Origin: an uncultured Bacilli bacterium
GTDB taxonomy: Bacteria; Bacillota_I; Bacilli_A; RFN20; CAG-826
DNA length: 64,000 bases
Direction: 5' to 3'
Assembly (NCBI GenBank): GCA_944375905.1
Contig: CALWAS010000018.1
Span: 1,120 to 65,119, forward strand
Shown: piece after piece, positions 41,316-52,473 of the stretch
How positions within the stretch are numbered: position 1 is the first letter of the stretch
Layout of the letters: each line of letters begins with the position of its first letter
Program-made: the position numbers and the translations under genes
Notes under the pieces: generated by a model
Database searches by the model: none
The model's input: only the letters and a program-made list of their open reading frames with translations
Told to the model about the DNA's origin: nothing

Positions 41316-41896
41316 TCGGCGTCCTCTTTCTTAGGCTTTCCCTCGTAAGGACGGTTGTAGGCGACGAAGAGGTCATAGAGCCTTTTGACTTCGCCGTCGA
41401 TGAACGGGAAGGCCCTGGCCTTCATCATTTCCTCGACTTTCTTTTCCTGCTTGATGCAGATTTTGACCGTATCCTCGTCGTAGCCGTATTCGGCGCTATG
41501 GCGACGGAATTCCTTTTCGTCTAGTTCCTTGATGGCCTCGTCGGGGAAAAGCTTCACGTCGAGGTCGTAATCGATGTAGCGAAGGAATCCCTGGTCATAG
41601 ATGGTCGGGGAGGCGATGTTCGTGTAATAGACGATGCCCTTTCCTTCCTTCATCATCGCTATGACATTCATCCACTCGTGCTTGAAAAGGAAGAATATCG
41701 CGTTTTCGGAGGTCATCCACCGCCGACCGCCGGCCTCGGTCACGAGCGAAGCCCGGGAAGCCAAGGCGTAGAAACGATCCGTTTCCTCCACGAGGAAAGC
41801 CGGCGACCATTCCCGATGGATGGAGCCGTCGTGCTTATAGGCCTGGACTTTTATCCAGCGCCAGAATCTCTTGTTGCGATCTACGGTAAAAGGCAT
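41312..41896 (-). CDS. DUF402 (YgaC/Ntdp-like) nucleoside phosphate phosphatase
   Basis: QAYKHDGSIHR.W, YYTNIASP, YIDYDLDVK, LDEKEF. Confidence 0.88.
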   Translation of the reverse strand: MPFTVDRNKRFWRWIKVQAYKHDGSIHREWSPAFLVEETDRFYALASRASLVTEAGGRRWMTSENAIFFLFKHEWMNVIAMMKEGKGIVYYTNIASPTIYDQGFLRYIDYDLDVKLFPDEAIKELDEKEFRRHSAEYGYDEDTVKICIKQEKKVEEMMKARAFPFIDGEVKRLYDLFVAYNRPYEGKPKKEDAD

Positions 41897-42019
41897 GCAA
41901 TGCTCATGCGTATTATACGCGTAGGACAGCATTTGACTTAGCTATATGAGAAAAAGCGCATCGTAGGGCGCCTTTTATCCTTAATGGAGGCTTTTCTAGC
42001 CCATGAGTCGGATCAACTT

Positions 42020-42047
42020 AAAAAGGGCCGGAACGGCCGGCCCTCTT
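42020..42047 (-). terminator. Intrinsic terminator
   Basis: AGGGCCGG/CCGGCCCT stem with a T-run on the minus strand, just past the stop at 42060. Confidence 0.7.
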
Positions 42048-42059
42048 AATGAATCGATG

Positions 42060-43379
42060 CTATTGGCGCTCGATGCTCTTGTCGAGAGCATCGACGATGG
42101 CGAATACCTTTTCGACATCGCCTTTGAAGTGCATCGTCGGATAAGGATCGAACGGCTTCTCGAGCGGGAGAATCATGAGGTTGTCCTCATATCCAAATAG
42201 GAAGAAGGTCTTGCCCGGCTTAACAACGATCGAGAAATCGACGAGGGTAGCGTCGGTATCGATCTTCGAGATGGCCGCCCGGACATCCTTGCTCAGGAGC
42301 CGCTTTCCGTCGTGCTCGCCATAGACGATCATGGTCTTGGTGTCTTCGAGCAAATTCCGTCCCTCGAGAGTCGTCGGCGGAAGGGCCCGCTTATTGCCTT
42401 TTAGGTAAACGACGAGCTCATTGCCCTTGTAAAGGTTGTCGATGCACATGAATTTGCCGACGAAAACCGTTTCGAGCGCCTTGGCCCCTTTGACTTGGGC
42501 CGCGGCATCCGAGAAGGTCACGTGATGTCCCTTATAGTCGAAGCCAATGCAATCGCGGCTCCCGACCTTGGCAACGTCCTTGTATAGTCCCGCCTCGTTG
42601 AACGTCTCGGGCGGAAGCTTCGCGTCGACGTCGCCCGTCCTTTCCTTGGCGATGGAGCCGAAAACGAAATCGTCGCTCCCGCGATAGTAGCCGAGGAAAT
42701 AGTTCCTGGTTTCCCGCTCGACTCCCTTTTTGAAGAAAATGTTGTAAACGACGAGGATGGCGAGGCCTAGGACGATTCCGCCGATGCCAATGCCAAGCGT
42801 GATTTCGCTAGGAAGGGCGATGGCGTTGCCTTCGGCGTCGGTTCCCGTCGTGATGAAGTTAGGAACCAGCCAGCAGACGAGAATGATCACGAGGATGACC
42901 GCGGTCACGATCCACTTGATCCTGTTCATCTTCTTGTAGAACTTGAAGAAAGTCTGCCTAGCGGCCTCAATTCCCTGCAAATCCTGCTCGTTTTCCAAGA
43001 TTTCGGCGCCGGATTCCTTTTTTTTGCCTTTTTGGCCTTCCTCAGCCTTGTCACCTTCTTCGGGGGAGGGCTTTTCTTCCTCTTTGTAGAGATCGATGGC
43101 CGGGGCCTTCGGCTCCTCCTCGGTGCTCTTTGCTTCCGGCTCGAGCTCGGCCTGGCTTTTATAGACGGATGAAATGTCCTCGTCCGAAGTGAACCCGTCC
43201 TCGTCCGGCTCTATCTCTTTCGGCTCGGCCGGCTTCGTTTCCTGGTCCTCTTCGGCGTCCAATGCGAAGTCGGCGCCGGTAGCCGTATCCTCTTCCCCGG
43301 CCGCCGGGGAAAGGGCTTCTCCTTCGTCTTCGATGAGCTTTTCGACTAGGCCTTCTTTTTTCTTGTCTTCCATGGTCAT
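42060..43379 (-). CDS. Membrane protein: acidic disordered N-terminus, 2 TMs, DUF3137-like C-terminal domain
   Basis: The first ~130 aa are Glu/Asp/Lys/Pro-rich. D.I...YKG..VTFSD and TVFVGKF resemble DUF3137 (tentative). Confidence 0.7.
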   Translation of the reverse strand: MTMEDKKKEGLVEKLIEDEGEALSPAAGEEDTATGADFALDAEEDQETKPAEPKEIEPDEDGFTSDEDISSVYKSQAELEPEAKSTEEEPKAPAIDLYKEEEKPSPEEGDKAEEGQKGKKKESGAEILENEQDLQGIEAARQTFFKFYKKMNRIKWIVTAVILVIILVCWLVPNFITTGTDAEGNAIALPSEITLGIGIGGIVLGLAILVVYNIFFKKGVERETRNYFLGYYRGSDDFVFGSIAKERTGDVDAKLPPETFNEAGLYKDVAKVGSRDCIGFDYKGHHVTFSDAAAQVKGAKALETVFVGKFMCIDNLYKGNELVVYLKGNKRALPPTTLEGRNLLEDTKTMIVYGEHDGKRLLSKDVRAAISKIDTDATLVDFSIVVKPGKTFFLFGYEDNLMILPLEKPFDPYPTMHFKGDVEKVFAIVDALDKSIERQ

Positions 43380-43445
43380 GCCTCTTTACCAACTATTTAG
43401 TGACTATACCATCTTTATTAACGCGTTAGGGACCGCATGGTTGGG

Positions 43446-44108
43446 TTAAATCTTCCAATTTATCGGTTGGCTTCCGTTTTCGACGAGGAAAGCGTTGCAC
43501 CGAGAGAAATGGTGATTGCCGAACCAGCCGCCCCTGTTGGCAGAAAGGGGAGACGGATGGACGCTTTCCAGAACGAGCCTATTTGGGTTCGTGACTTTGA
43601 ATCTGTAGCGCCTTGCAAACGAGCCCCAAAGAAAGAAAACGATCGGTTGCGGAAGGTTGTCGATGTAGGAAAGGACGTCGTCCATGAATTCGTCGTATTC
43701 GGGTCGCTTGTGGGAAAGCGGCTTCCCGGCCACGACCGAAAGGTAAGCGTTGAGCAAGAGGACGCCTTGCTCCGCCCATGGGGTCAAATCGCCGCGTTCG
43801 TAGTCCATCTTCGTTCCCGTATCGGCCTCGATTTCCTTATAGATGTTGATGAGGCTCGGCGGCGGGTCGATGCCGATCGGAACCGAAAAGGACATTCCCA
43901 TCGCCTCGGCCGGGTTGTGATACGGGTCTTGTCCGATGATGACGGCCTTGAGGGTAAACGGCGAGGTGAAGCGAAAGGCTTGAAACATCATGTCCCGCGG
44001 CGGATAGATGGTCTTCGTCCGATATTCCTCGTCGAGAAAGGCCTTCAACGTCTTGGAGTAAGGCTTTTTTTCCACTTGCTGGAAAAGATCTTTCCAATCT
44101 TTGAACAC
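43446..44108 (-). CDS. ung: Uracil-DNA glycosylase family 1
   Basis: GQDPYH, PPSLINI, GVLLLN, LWG, HPSPLS. Confidence 0.97.
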   Translation of the reverse strand: MFKDWKDLFQQVEKKPYSKTLKAFLDEEYRTKTIYPPRDMMFQAFRFTSPFTLKAVIIGQDPYHNPAEAMGMSFSVPIGIDPPPSLINIYKEIEADTGTKMDYERGDLTPWAEQGVLLLNAYLSVVAGKPLSHKRPEYDEFMDDVLSYIDNLPQPIVFFLWGSFARRYRFKVTNPNRLVLESVHPSPLSANRGGWFGNHHFSRCNAFLVENGSQPINWKI

Positions 44109-44166
44109 CTCGAAAGTATACCTTTTCTCCCGGTCAAGGTGAGAAGGTGCCTATAATTCCCATCGA

Positions 44167-45291
44167 ATGAACATTTTCTGGGTCTTCAACCACCCGGCTC
44201 CCTACAAGGTGGCCCTTCACGAAGAGCTCTCGCATCGCGTCGAAGGCCTAACGGCGGTCTATGAGCGCAGCTCCGAGGGCGACCGCAACAAAGACTGGTA
44301 CCTCAAGCGCAAAGTGTCATACGAAGCGATTTGCCTGAAAGCCCTGCCGCTTGGGCCCCATAACGCCGTCTCGCTCAAATTGCCTTCCATCTATCGAAGA
44401 AAGAAATACGACATAGTCGTCGTAAACGGCTATTCGACGGTGGCCGAAATGGTTTTCATCGACTACCTTCGCCGCCATGACATACCCTATGTGTTCGCCA
44501 TAAACGGGGGAATAGCCAAATCGCGGGAAAACCCGATAAAGGAGAAAGTCAAACGCCACTACATTTCCGGGGCCTCCCTATATTTGGCCCCCGACGAAAA
44601 CAGCGTTTCCTATCTTTTGCATTACGGAGCGGACAAGGAGAAAATCCGTCTTTACCCGTATTCGACTGTCTATGAAAAAGATGTCTTGAAAAAGCCTCTG
44701 ACCAAAGAGGAGAAACGCGCCGGCTGGAAAGCGGATACGCTATCGCAAGGGCGCCTTGCCGGCTTTGAACGTGTATATGTCGCGGTAGGCAGCTTCATTG
44801 AGCGCAAGAACAATGCGCGCCTTCTTGAGCTCTGGAAGAAAGCGAGACGCGATTACGCCCTCGTTCTCATCGGTGACGGCCCGGAAGAGCAAAAATACCG
44901 ATCCTTTGTCGAAAAGAACGGGATGGGCAATGTCTTCATCTATCCATTCCTTTCTCATCCGGAAACGCTTAAGCGCCTTTCCTATGCCGATATGTCAATC
45001 TTCCTTACGAAGGAAGACATCTACGGTCATGTAGTCAATGAATCGCTCTCTCAAGGGACGCCGGTAATCGCAAGCCGACACGCCAACGCATCGCTTAAAC
45101 TAATAGAAAACGGGTCGACTGGCTATCTTCTCGAAGATGAGGAAGACGACACCTTCCTGGCGGCAGTGAACGCAAGCGCCGACGGGAGAATGCCGTTTGA
45201 ATGTCTAAAAAAAGCAAGGGAAAACACCATCGAGAAAATGGCAGACCGCCACTATGAGATCTTCAAAGAGTATCTCGGGGACGAAAAATGA
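44167..45291 (+). CDS. GT4 glycosyltransferase
   Basis: NHPAPYK, VGSFIERKN, DIYGHVVNESLSQGTPVI. Confidence 0.9.
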   Translation: MNIFWVFNHPAPYKVALHEELSHRVEGLTAVYERSSEGDRNKDWYLKRKVSYEAICLKALPLGPHNAVSLKLPSIYRRKKYDIVVVNGYSTVAEMVFIDYLRRHDIPYVFAINGGIAKSRENPIKEKVKRHYISGASLYLAPDENSVSYLLHYGADKEKIRLYPYSTVYEKDVLKKPLTKEEKRAGWKADTLSQGRLAGFERVYVAVGSFIERKNNARLLELWKKARRDYALVLIGDGPEEQKYRSFVEKNGMGNVFIYPFLSHPETLKRLSYADMSIFLTKEDIYGHVVNESLSQGTPVIASRHANASLKLIENGSTGYLLEDEEDDTFLAAVNASADGRMPFECLKKARENTIEKMADRHYEIFKEYLGDEK

Positions 45292-46382
45292 GAATCCTCT
45301 ATTTCACCAAAGCCCTTCCTTCATCGCTCTACAATGCGCTTCTCAATGAAGGGCATTTGGTGAACAATCCATCAAATCAGAATTTTCACTTAAGGATGAT
45401 TGACGCTCTTTCCATGAGGAATGAAGTCGAAATAGTATCGACTTTGCCCAGTGCTTTCGAGTCGAGGCACATAGAGCGTAAAAAGAATTGGCACTTTATA
45501 GCAGATCATGGTTTCTTAAGGAACACCGCTACTATAGCCAAGGAATTTGACGGTCAAAAAATCGACGTGCTTTTGTTTGACTCCCTTGCGATAAAACTTG
45601 GTTTCGAAGCAATTGGATTTTCTAAAAAGAAAGGCGTTTTTGCATGCGCAATCATCACCGACAATCCAATTAATCTCACTTCCTCGCCCCTCTACTTCCG
45701 ATTGGCCTTTCGTAAGCTCTTATCCAAAGCTGACGGAGGGATCGCCCTCTCGCCTGGCCTTCAAGGCCTAAAGCCCGGTTCGCTTTTGCTTCCGGGGGTA
45801 GTAAGGCCGAGCACCTGCCCACCGCATAGAGAAGCAACCCCCTATCTCTACTTTGCGGGTTCTCTTCTCCCGCAGTACGGACTCCCGAAATTGATTGACG
45901 CTTATATTAAGGCAAACTTATCCTGGCCGTTCTTTATAGCCGGCCATTCGTCTTCCCTTAAGCCGAGAGATGGGCGAGTCAGGTTCCTTGGTCAATTGAG
46001 CGAGCAGGAAAACGCTTCGTTTCAAGCGGGGGCCGGCTTGCTTCTCAATCCTCGCCCGCTTAACGCGAAACGCGACATGGAATCAATCCCCAGCAAGCTC
46101 TTCGAATATCTTGCGAGCGGATCGCCGATTGTTTCCACTGCCCATCCTTTCTTTGCGAAGCACTTTCCCGACGACATCGATTTCATAGATGAAAACGGGT
46201 TCTTCGACTATTTCCTCGCCCATCGGCAAAAAGACGGCAGCCTTGCCTTCTTAAAAAAGAATGCTGCCTCGGAGAGAGTCGTCAATGAATTCGGCCTCGA
46301 GGCGACAAACAGAAAATTGGGAGACTACTTGGAAGAGGTTATTTCGCGTTCCAGGGAATCCATTACTTTTTCAAAGGAATAG
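45288..46382 (+). CDS. Putative GT4-like glycosyltransferase
   Basis: FAGSL..QYG, FLG, LNPR, PSKLFEYLASGSPIVST. ATGA overlap. Confidence 0.8.
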   Translation: MRILYFTKALPSSLYNALLNEGHLVNNPSNQNFHLRMIDALSMRNEVEIVSTLPSAFESRHIERKKNWHFIADHGFLRNTATIAKEFDGQKIDVLLFDSLAIKLGFEAIGFSKKKGVFACAIITDNPINLTSSPLYFRLAFRKLLSKADGGIALSPGLQGLKPGSLLLPGVVRPSTCPPHREATPYLYFAGSLLPQYGLPKLIDAYIKANLSWPFFIAGHSSSLKPRDGRVRFLGQLSEQENASFQAGAGLLLNPRPLNAKRDMESIPSKLFEYLASGSPIVSTAHPFFAKHFPDDIDFIDENGFFDYFLAHRQKDGSLAFLKKNAASERVVNEFGLEATNRKLGDYLEEVISRSRESITFSKE

Positions 46383-47518
46383 CGATCTTCATAGGCCTCG
46401 GCATTTCTCTTTCCCATTTTGGCCAGTTGCTCATCGGATAGGAGCATCGCTTTCTTCAATGTCTCCGCGATGTGCTTTTCACCTTCCCTTGCGATGAGGC
46501 TTCCGCCTATTTGCTCGAGGAGCTCTCTTCCGTCGCCTTCGATAATTCCGAAGATGGGTTTTCCATAAGCCAAGGAGGAAATCAATTTGTTGGGAATGGT
46601 CTTGTAGACCGGGCTCGCTCCTCCGCGAAGGGGCACGAGAATCACGGAAGCATCCCGGTAGAAAGACGAAGCTTCTTCGACTGAAAGCGTTCCGTAGAAA
46701 AAGACTTTGTCGGAAAGTCCCTTCTCCTCGACTTCTTTCTTGGCCTTTTCGAGATTCGATCCGGTGCCGACGACATGGAAGGAAACGTTCGCGTCTTTGC
46801 CTAGCAACGCGATGGCATCGACGACCTCCTCGATAAGCTGGAGTTTTCCGACATTGCCAACGTAAACGAGGTTGAAGCAGTTTCCAAGCTCCTTTTTATC
46901 GAGGCTTTCCCCTTTTTCCACGAGGGGAGGCTGGGGGACGAAGACGATATTGCCAGGGCTAAGGCGAAGTACCGAGACGAAATATTCTTTGAACGAAGGG
47001 GACGAAATCAGGATCTTGGTTGCCGAAAGGTAGATTTTTCTCGACCAGCGATAGAGTATGCGATAGAAGATGCTTTCGGGTTTGATGTTTCCTGCAACGA
47101 CCGCCGACTCGGGCCAGAGATCCAAACAATGGAGAACATGGGGAATATGGTGCTTCCTCGCGAATTCACCGGCGCCTTGAACCGACATGACCGGAGACAT
47201 CGACATCGAGTAAACGACATCGAAGTCGCCCTTTAGCCTCCTTAGGAACTTCCGGGACGAAAAATTGAAGCTCAGGTAGTTGGCTATGAGGGAAAGCTTT
47301 CCCTTCTTCCTTGGGCAAAGGGGCATCCGATGTATCCTTACGCCGTTCAGCTCCTCGTAAGATACTTTCCGATACTCGTCCGGTATTCCGCCGAGACCAT
47401 AGTTAGGCCTCCCCGTAACGACCGTAACTTCATGCCCGCGGCGAACGAGATCTTCGGCAATCGGGGTAATGGCAACGTTTTCCGGAAAGTAATACTGACA
47501 GACTATGAGAATTCTCAT
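46325..47518 (-). CDS. GT4 glycosyltransferase, WbuB/Cap5L-like (candidate L-FucNAc transferase)
   Basis: CQYYFPE, TGRPNY, NYLSF, SPV, DLWPES, YVGNVGK.Q, TIPNKL..LA.GKPI. Confidence 0.88.
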   Translation of the reverse strand: MRILIVCQYYFPENVAITPIAEDLVRRGHEVTVVTGRPNYGLGGIPDEYRKVSYEELNGVRIHRMPLCPRKKGKLSLIANYLSFNFSSRKFLRRLKGDFDVVYSMSMSPVMSVQGAGEFARKHHIPHVLHCLDLWPESAVVAGNIKPESIFYRILYRWSRKIYLSATKILISSPSFKEYFVSVLRLSPGNIVFVPQPPLVEKGESLDKKELGNCFNLVYVGNVGKLQLIEEVVDAIALLGKDANVSFHVVGTGSNLEKAKKEVEEKGLSDKVFFYGTLSVEEASSFYRDASVILVPLRGGASPVYKTIPNKLISSLAYGKPIFGIIEGDGRELLEQIGGSLIAREGEKHIAETLKKAMLLSDEQLAKMGKRNAEAYEDRYSFEKVMDSLEREITSSK

Positions 47519-47599
47519 GCCCGGCCATTATCGCATAGCGCAAGCAATCCGAATTACGAAAAAGATTCTCTTTGCCAATGTTTCACTATAATGGGGCGG

Positions 47600-48499
47600 A
47601 TGCTCCAAGAGGGAATGCACGAAAACCTTAGGCTCCGGGCCATCGTCGAGCCGTTCCGAGGATTGGTCAAAGCCATTTCCCCGGTTCTTTACGTCAAGCT
47701 CCAATACCGTTACCTGACCCATCGCAAGCTCAACCTTGCAAACCCCGTGCGCTACACGGAAAAGCTCCAGCACCTGCGCCTATATGAATATCCTCGCGAC
47801 CCTCTTGTCAAAGAGTGCGCTTCCCGACTCGGGGCAAGGGAATATTTGAAAAGGACCGGGCATGGCGATCTCCTGGTCCCGCTAATTGGATCGTATTCGA
47901 GTTTCGAGGAGATAGACTTTTCCGCTTTTCCGGACTCGTTTGTCCTAAAGTGCAACCACGCTTCGGGATTCAATGCCATCGTTGAAGATAAAAATGCGAT
48001 GGATAAGGCGGTTTTGGCGAAGAAATTCAAAAAATGGTTGGCAACCGACTATGGAAAGATGACGGTTGAGCCGCACTATAGCGAAATCGAGCGCAAGATC
48101 GTCGCCGAAAGGATGCTAAGGGAAAACGGCCATCTTCCGACCGAATACAAAATCCACTGCTTCAACGGAAAAGCCAAGAACCTTTATGTCGTAAGGGGGC
48201 GTGGAAAGGACATACGCTACGACCAGCTCTATATCGATTGGACTCCTTTCGACGAATCTCAGTTCAATGGCTGGAAAAAAGGAGACGTTCCGCCAGAGCG
48301 GCCGTCGAATTTCGACGAGATGGCAAAAATAGCGGAGGAACTCTCGAAGCCGTTTCCCTTTGTCCGCGTCGACCTCTACTCGATCGACGGCCGGATATAC
48401 TTCTCCGAGTTGACGTTCACTCCCGCCAAGGGGACGCTCGTCTTTGACGACGACAAGGCCGATTTCATCCAGGGCGAATGGCTTAGCTTGCCCAGATAG
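47600..48499 (+). CDS. TupA-like ATP-grasp amidoligase
   Basis: LNL.NP..YTEKLQ.L.L, FVLKCNHASG, EPHY, YKIHCFNG, FVRVDLY, YFSELTFTP. Start uncertain (47591, 47600 or 47615). Confidence 0.88.
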   Translation: MLQEGMHENLRLRAIVEPFRGLVKAISPVLYVKLQYRYLTHRKLNLANPVRYTEKLQHLRLYEYPRDPLVKECASRLGAREYLKRTGHGDLLVPLIGSYSSFEEIDFSAFPDSFVLKCNHASGFNAIVEDKNAMDKAVLAKKFKKWLATDYGKMTVEPHYSEIERKIVAERMLRENGHLPTEYKIHCFNGKAKNLYVVRGRGKDIRYDQLYIDWTPFDESQFNGWKKGDVPPERPSNFDEMAKIAEELSKPFPFVRVDLYSIDGRIYFSELTFTPAKGTLVFDDDKADFIQGEWLSLPR

Positions 48500-49481
48500 A
48501 ATCGACGAACATCACCTCGTAAAGCAAGAGGCCGAAGTGAGTTTCGCTTTCGTCGGAAGCAAGGGCCGATATTTTTCCGTCGCCCTCGCCAACATCCAAG
48601 AAGGAGTCGCGGTAATTGGAATAGCTGATTCCATAGCCGACTAACCCATTCGGATCGATCCCGATGTCCTCGAACGAGAAACCGGTGAATGAGCAGGCCT
48701 CGCCGCCGTTGTCCGTATTGACATAGGTGTCCTTCAATGTCAGTTCCACGACGCTGCTCGAATAATAGAGATCAATCTTCAAATCGATGATCGAAAGGCG
48801 CGCCGTCGTATCCCCGTCATGGCTGCGGTCATCGCTTCCGCCACGGAAGGAAACAAGGAAATAATCGCTGTCGGAAAGTTGCCTCGGAAGCCTCGTCGAG
48901 AATCCCGTCTCATCGATCGAGACAAACGAGAGCGAATGGGTTCCTGCACAGTACATCTGGCCATTGTAGAGCTTGGAAAGATAGCCATAGGCGAACGCGT
49001 CGCCCCCAACGGTCGAAAGGCATTTGGTCTTCCCGAAATCCGTCCCTATCTTTCCGTCGTCTCCGTTCGGCTCCTTGCTGAGAACCCAATTGGCGCTCAC
49101 GGTCGTGGCCAAACTGCTGCCATTGTAGGAAAGCATGTCGGAATAGCCGGCATCGCGAAGGCCCAAGTGAACTGGAAGGTCTTGCCCATTGTCGATTGCC
49201 TTGCCTTGGCGGCCCTTCTGGGAGGGATCGAAGTTCTGCGATCCGTCCCCATAGACAGACCCATTGAAATAGTCGCCTGTCCCGTCCTCCAAGATCGGGG
49301 TCAGCTCCCTGCTCTCGACTTCCAAGGACCCATCATCCATTTCGTGATAGCCGAGATAATAGAAGGCCTCGAAGTCGGAATTTATGTTGATAGACGGGTC
49401 CATGAGCCCTTTGACGTTGGAACAACCGGCTAGGGAAAGCGAAACGAGGGCCAAGGCCCACGTGGTCTTATTCTTCTTCAT
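48483..49481 (-). CDS. Uncharacterised lipoprotein
   Basis: MKKNKTTWALALVSLSLAGC lipobox; GGAGG RBS; start overlaps the end of the upstream membrane-protein gene. Confidence 0.85.
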   Translation of the reverse strand: MKKNKTTWALALVSLSLAGCSNVKGLMDPSININSDFEAFYYLGYHEMDDGSLEVESRELTPILEDGTGDYFNGSVYGDGSQNFDPSQKGRQGKAIDNGQDLPVHLGLRDAGYSDMLSYNGSSLATTVSANWVLSKEPNGDDGKIGTDFGKTKCLSTVGGDAFAYGYLSKLYNGQMYCAGTHSLSFVSIDETGFSTRLPRQLSDSDYFLVSFRGGSDDRSHDGDTTARLSIIDLKIDLYYSSSVVELTLKDTYVNTDNGGEACSFTGFSFEDIGIDPNGLVGYGISYSNYRDSFLDVGEGDGKISALASDESETHFGLLLYEVMFVDSIWAS

Positions 49482-50907
49482 TGGCGCGAACCTCCAAAGC
49501 GAATTTCCTACGGAAATAAACCGGGCGATAAGAAAGGCCCACGAGGAATAGAACGGAGCTGAATAGAACGCTTCCGCCGAAAGGCGAAACATAGGCATTG
49601 GCTTCGCTTTGGAGGACGTACGGGGTCATGTCCATGAAGAATGTCATATAGGCAGCGTAACCAAGGCCGATGCCGCCGACCAAAAGCGAGAACGGCGATT
49701 TCTTTTCGTCGTGTATCAAAAGATAGACGAGGACGATGCTTGAGAATAGAAAGGCGAGGAAGGAAAGGAAGCCGACAAGCCCGCCCTCCATAAACGGCAC
49801 GATCTCGAAGGTCTTGAGATCGGTGCTGATCCAGGGAGTCGACGACCAAAGGGAACGGTTGTAATAGGTTCCGACGCTCGTCGAATAGAACGGGTTCATG
49901 CCGAAGAGAAGCGAAAGGAAAGAGGCGTCGCCATTATGGTAGAACGTCGCCGAAATCACGTCGTTGATTGGCTTTGTCCATCTTCCGTTATTGAAAATCT
50001 TCCGCAAAATCCCTTCCGAAAAAAGAGAATTGCTATTGGAGAGAATGATTCCGAAGTAAGCTGCGAGGACGATGCCGAAGACCGACACGATGGCAATCGA
50101 GGCGATTTTAATCCATTTCGGGGCCTCTTCTTTTAGCTTCATGAAGCGAAGGCCAAGGGCCAGCAAGTAAACGACGGCCGTAACGGCAATCGAGGCGACG
50201 AGCGGCACGCTGATGGCAAATAGGATCCCGATTCCGGCAACGACGGAAAGGAAGATCCCCTTCCCTCTTTCCTTCTTCCAATCGATGAAAAGGAGGGCGG
50301 TGCCGGAAGAAGCGAGGACGGTTGAAAAACCGCCGGCGTAATTGATGCTCACCCGGGCGATGGAAGTTCCTAGAAGAAAAGCGGCTTCGTTATCCACATC
50401 GTATGCGACGCCGTGCCAATAGTATTGTTTCCCGGCATAGATAATCGTGTGCCACGGCCCGTAAAGGACCATCGTCGAGATCCAGCTCACGAGGACAAGA
50501 AGCGCCAGTCCCCCGAGAAGGAAATAGACAAAAAGCCACCGGTCTATCTTCCTTTCAAGCTTGGCGGCGATTCCGAAAAAGAAACATCCGGCCATCCCAA
50601 GGAAGGAAAGCAAGCCCGCGACGATTCCCGAAAAGGCGTTCGCATAGCTGTTTATCTGAAACACGCCGAGCGAACAGGTGAGAAGGAAGAGAAGGAATGG
50701 CCCGGCGTACATCCAGAAAGATACCTTCTCGCCCTTATCGAATTTTCTATTCGCCCCGAATAGCAGGAGAATGGCCAAGGCAAAGAGGATCGTCCCGGCT
50801 ACGGAGACGAGTAGGCTTTCGCCAAATGAGAAAGCGAGGACGGCTAGGACGAAGGCGCCGATGAGCGGCAAGGCATTGTCCTTCGTGAACATGGCTTTTA
50901 TTTTCAT
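49468..50907 (-). CDS. Multi-pass membrane protein, weakly O-antigen-ligase (GT-C)-like
   Basis: About 12 TMs. NNGRW, LLFG, EGGLVGF occur in ligase-like order. Start uncertain (50892 or 50907). Confidence 0.6.
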   Translation of the reverse strand: MKIKAMFTKDNALPLIGAFVLAVLAFSFGESLLVSVAGTILFALAILLLFGANRKFDKGEKVSFWMYAGPFLLFLLTCSLGVFQINSYANAFSGIVAGLLSFLGMAGCFFFGIAAKLERKIDRWLFVYFLLGGLALLVLVSWISTMVLYGPWHTIIYAGKQYYWHGVAYDVDNEAAFLLGTSIARVSINYAGGFSTVLASSGTALLFIDWKKERGKGIFLSVVAGIGILFAISVPLVASIAVTAVVYLLALGLRFMKLKEEAPKWIKIASIAIVSVFGIVLAAYFGIILSNSNSLFSEGILRKIFNNGRWTKPINDVISATFYHNGDASFLSLLFGMNPFYSTSVGTYYNRSLWSSTPWISTDLKTFEIVPFMEGGLVGFLSFLAFLFSSIVLVYLLIHDEKKSPFSLLVGGIGLGYAAYMTFFMDMTPYVLQSEANAYVSPFGGSVLFSSVLFLVGLSYRPVYFRRKFALEVRANEEE

Positions 50908-51028
50908 TTCACCAAATGCTACCACCCTCGCTATCTCATAGATAGGAAAGATGGGAAAAGCGCCGAGCATTTCCTTCTTGTTCAACAAGTGCAAAGAGAG
51001 CGGTCTTTTCTATAAGGAGCGCCCCGCC

Positions 51029-51034
51029 TATAAT
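51029..51034 (+). promoter_or_regulatory. Sigma-A -10 box for eno
   Basis: TATAAT upstream of the AAGGAG RBS of eno. Confidence 0.55.
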
Positions 51035-51075
51035 CTTTGTGCTTGCTAAGCAAGCAAGGCAATTTGAAGGAGTAA

Positions 51076-52380
<1,305 letters not shown>

Positions 52381-52397
52381 AGCCGATTCGCGTAGGC

Positions 52398-52432
52398 AAA
52401 AAGGCCGCTCGGGAAACCGAGCGGCTTTTCTT
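52398..52432. terminator. Bidirectional intrinsic terminator after eno
   Basis: AAAAA-G-GCCGCTCGG-GAAA-CCGAGCGGC-TTTT. Confidence 0.88.
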
Positions 52433-52473
52433 GCGCAAAGGTCGGAGTCAATGGGCCGACTCGCAGTTAACGT

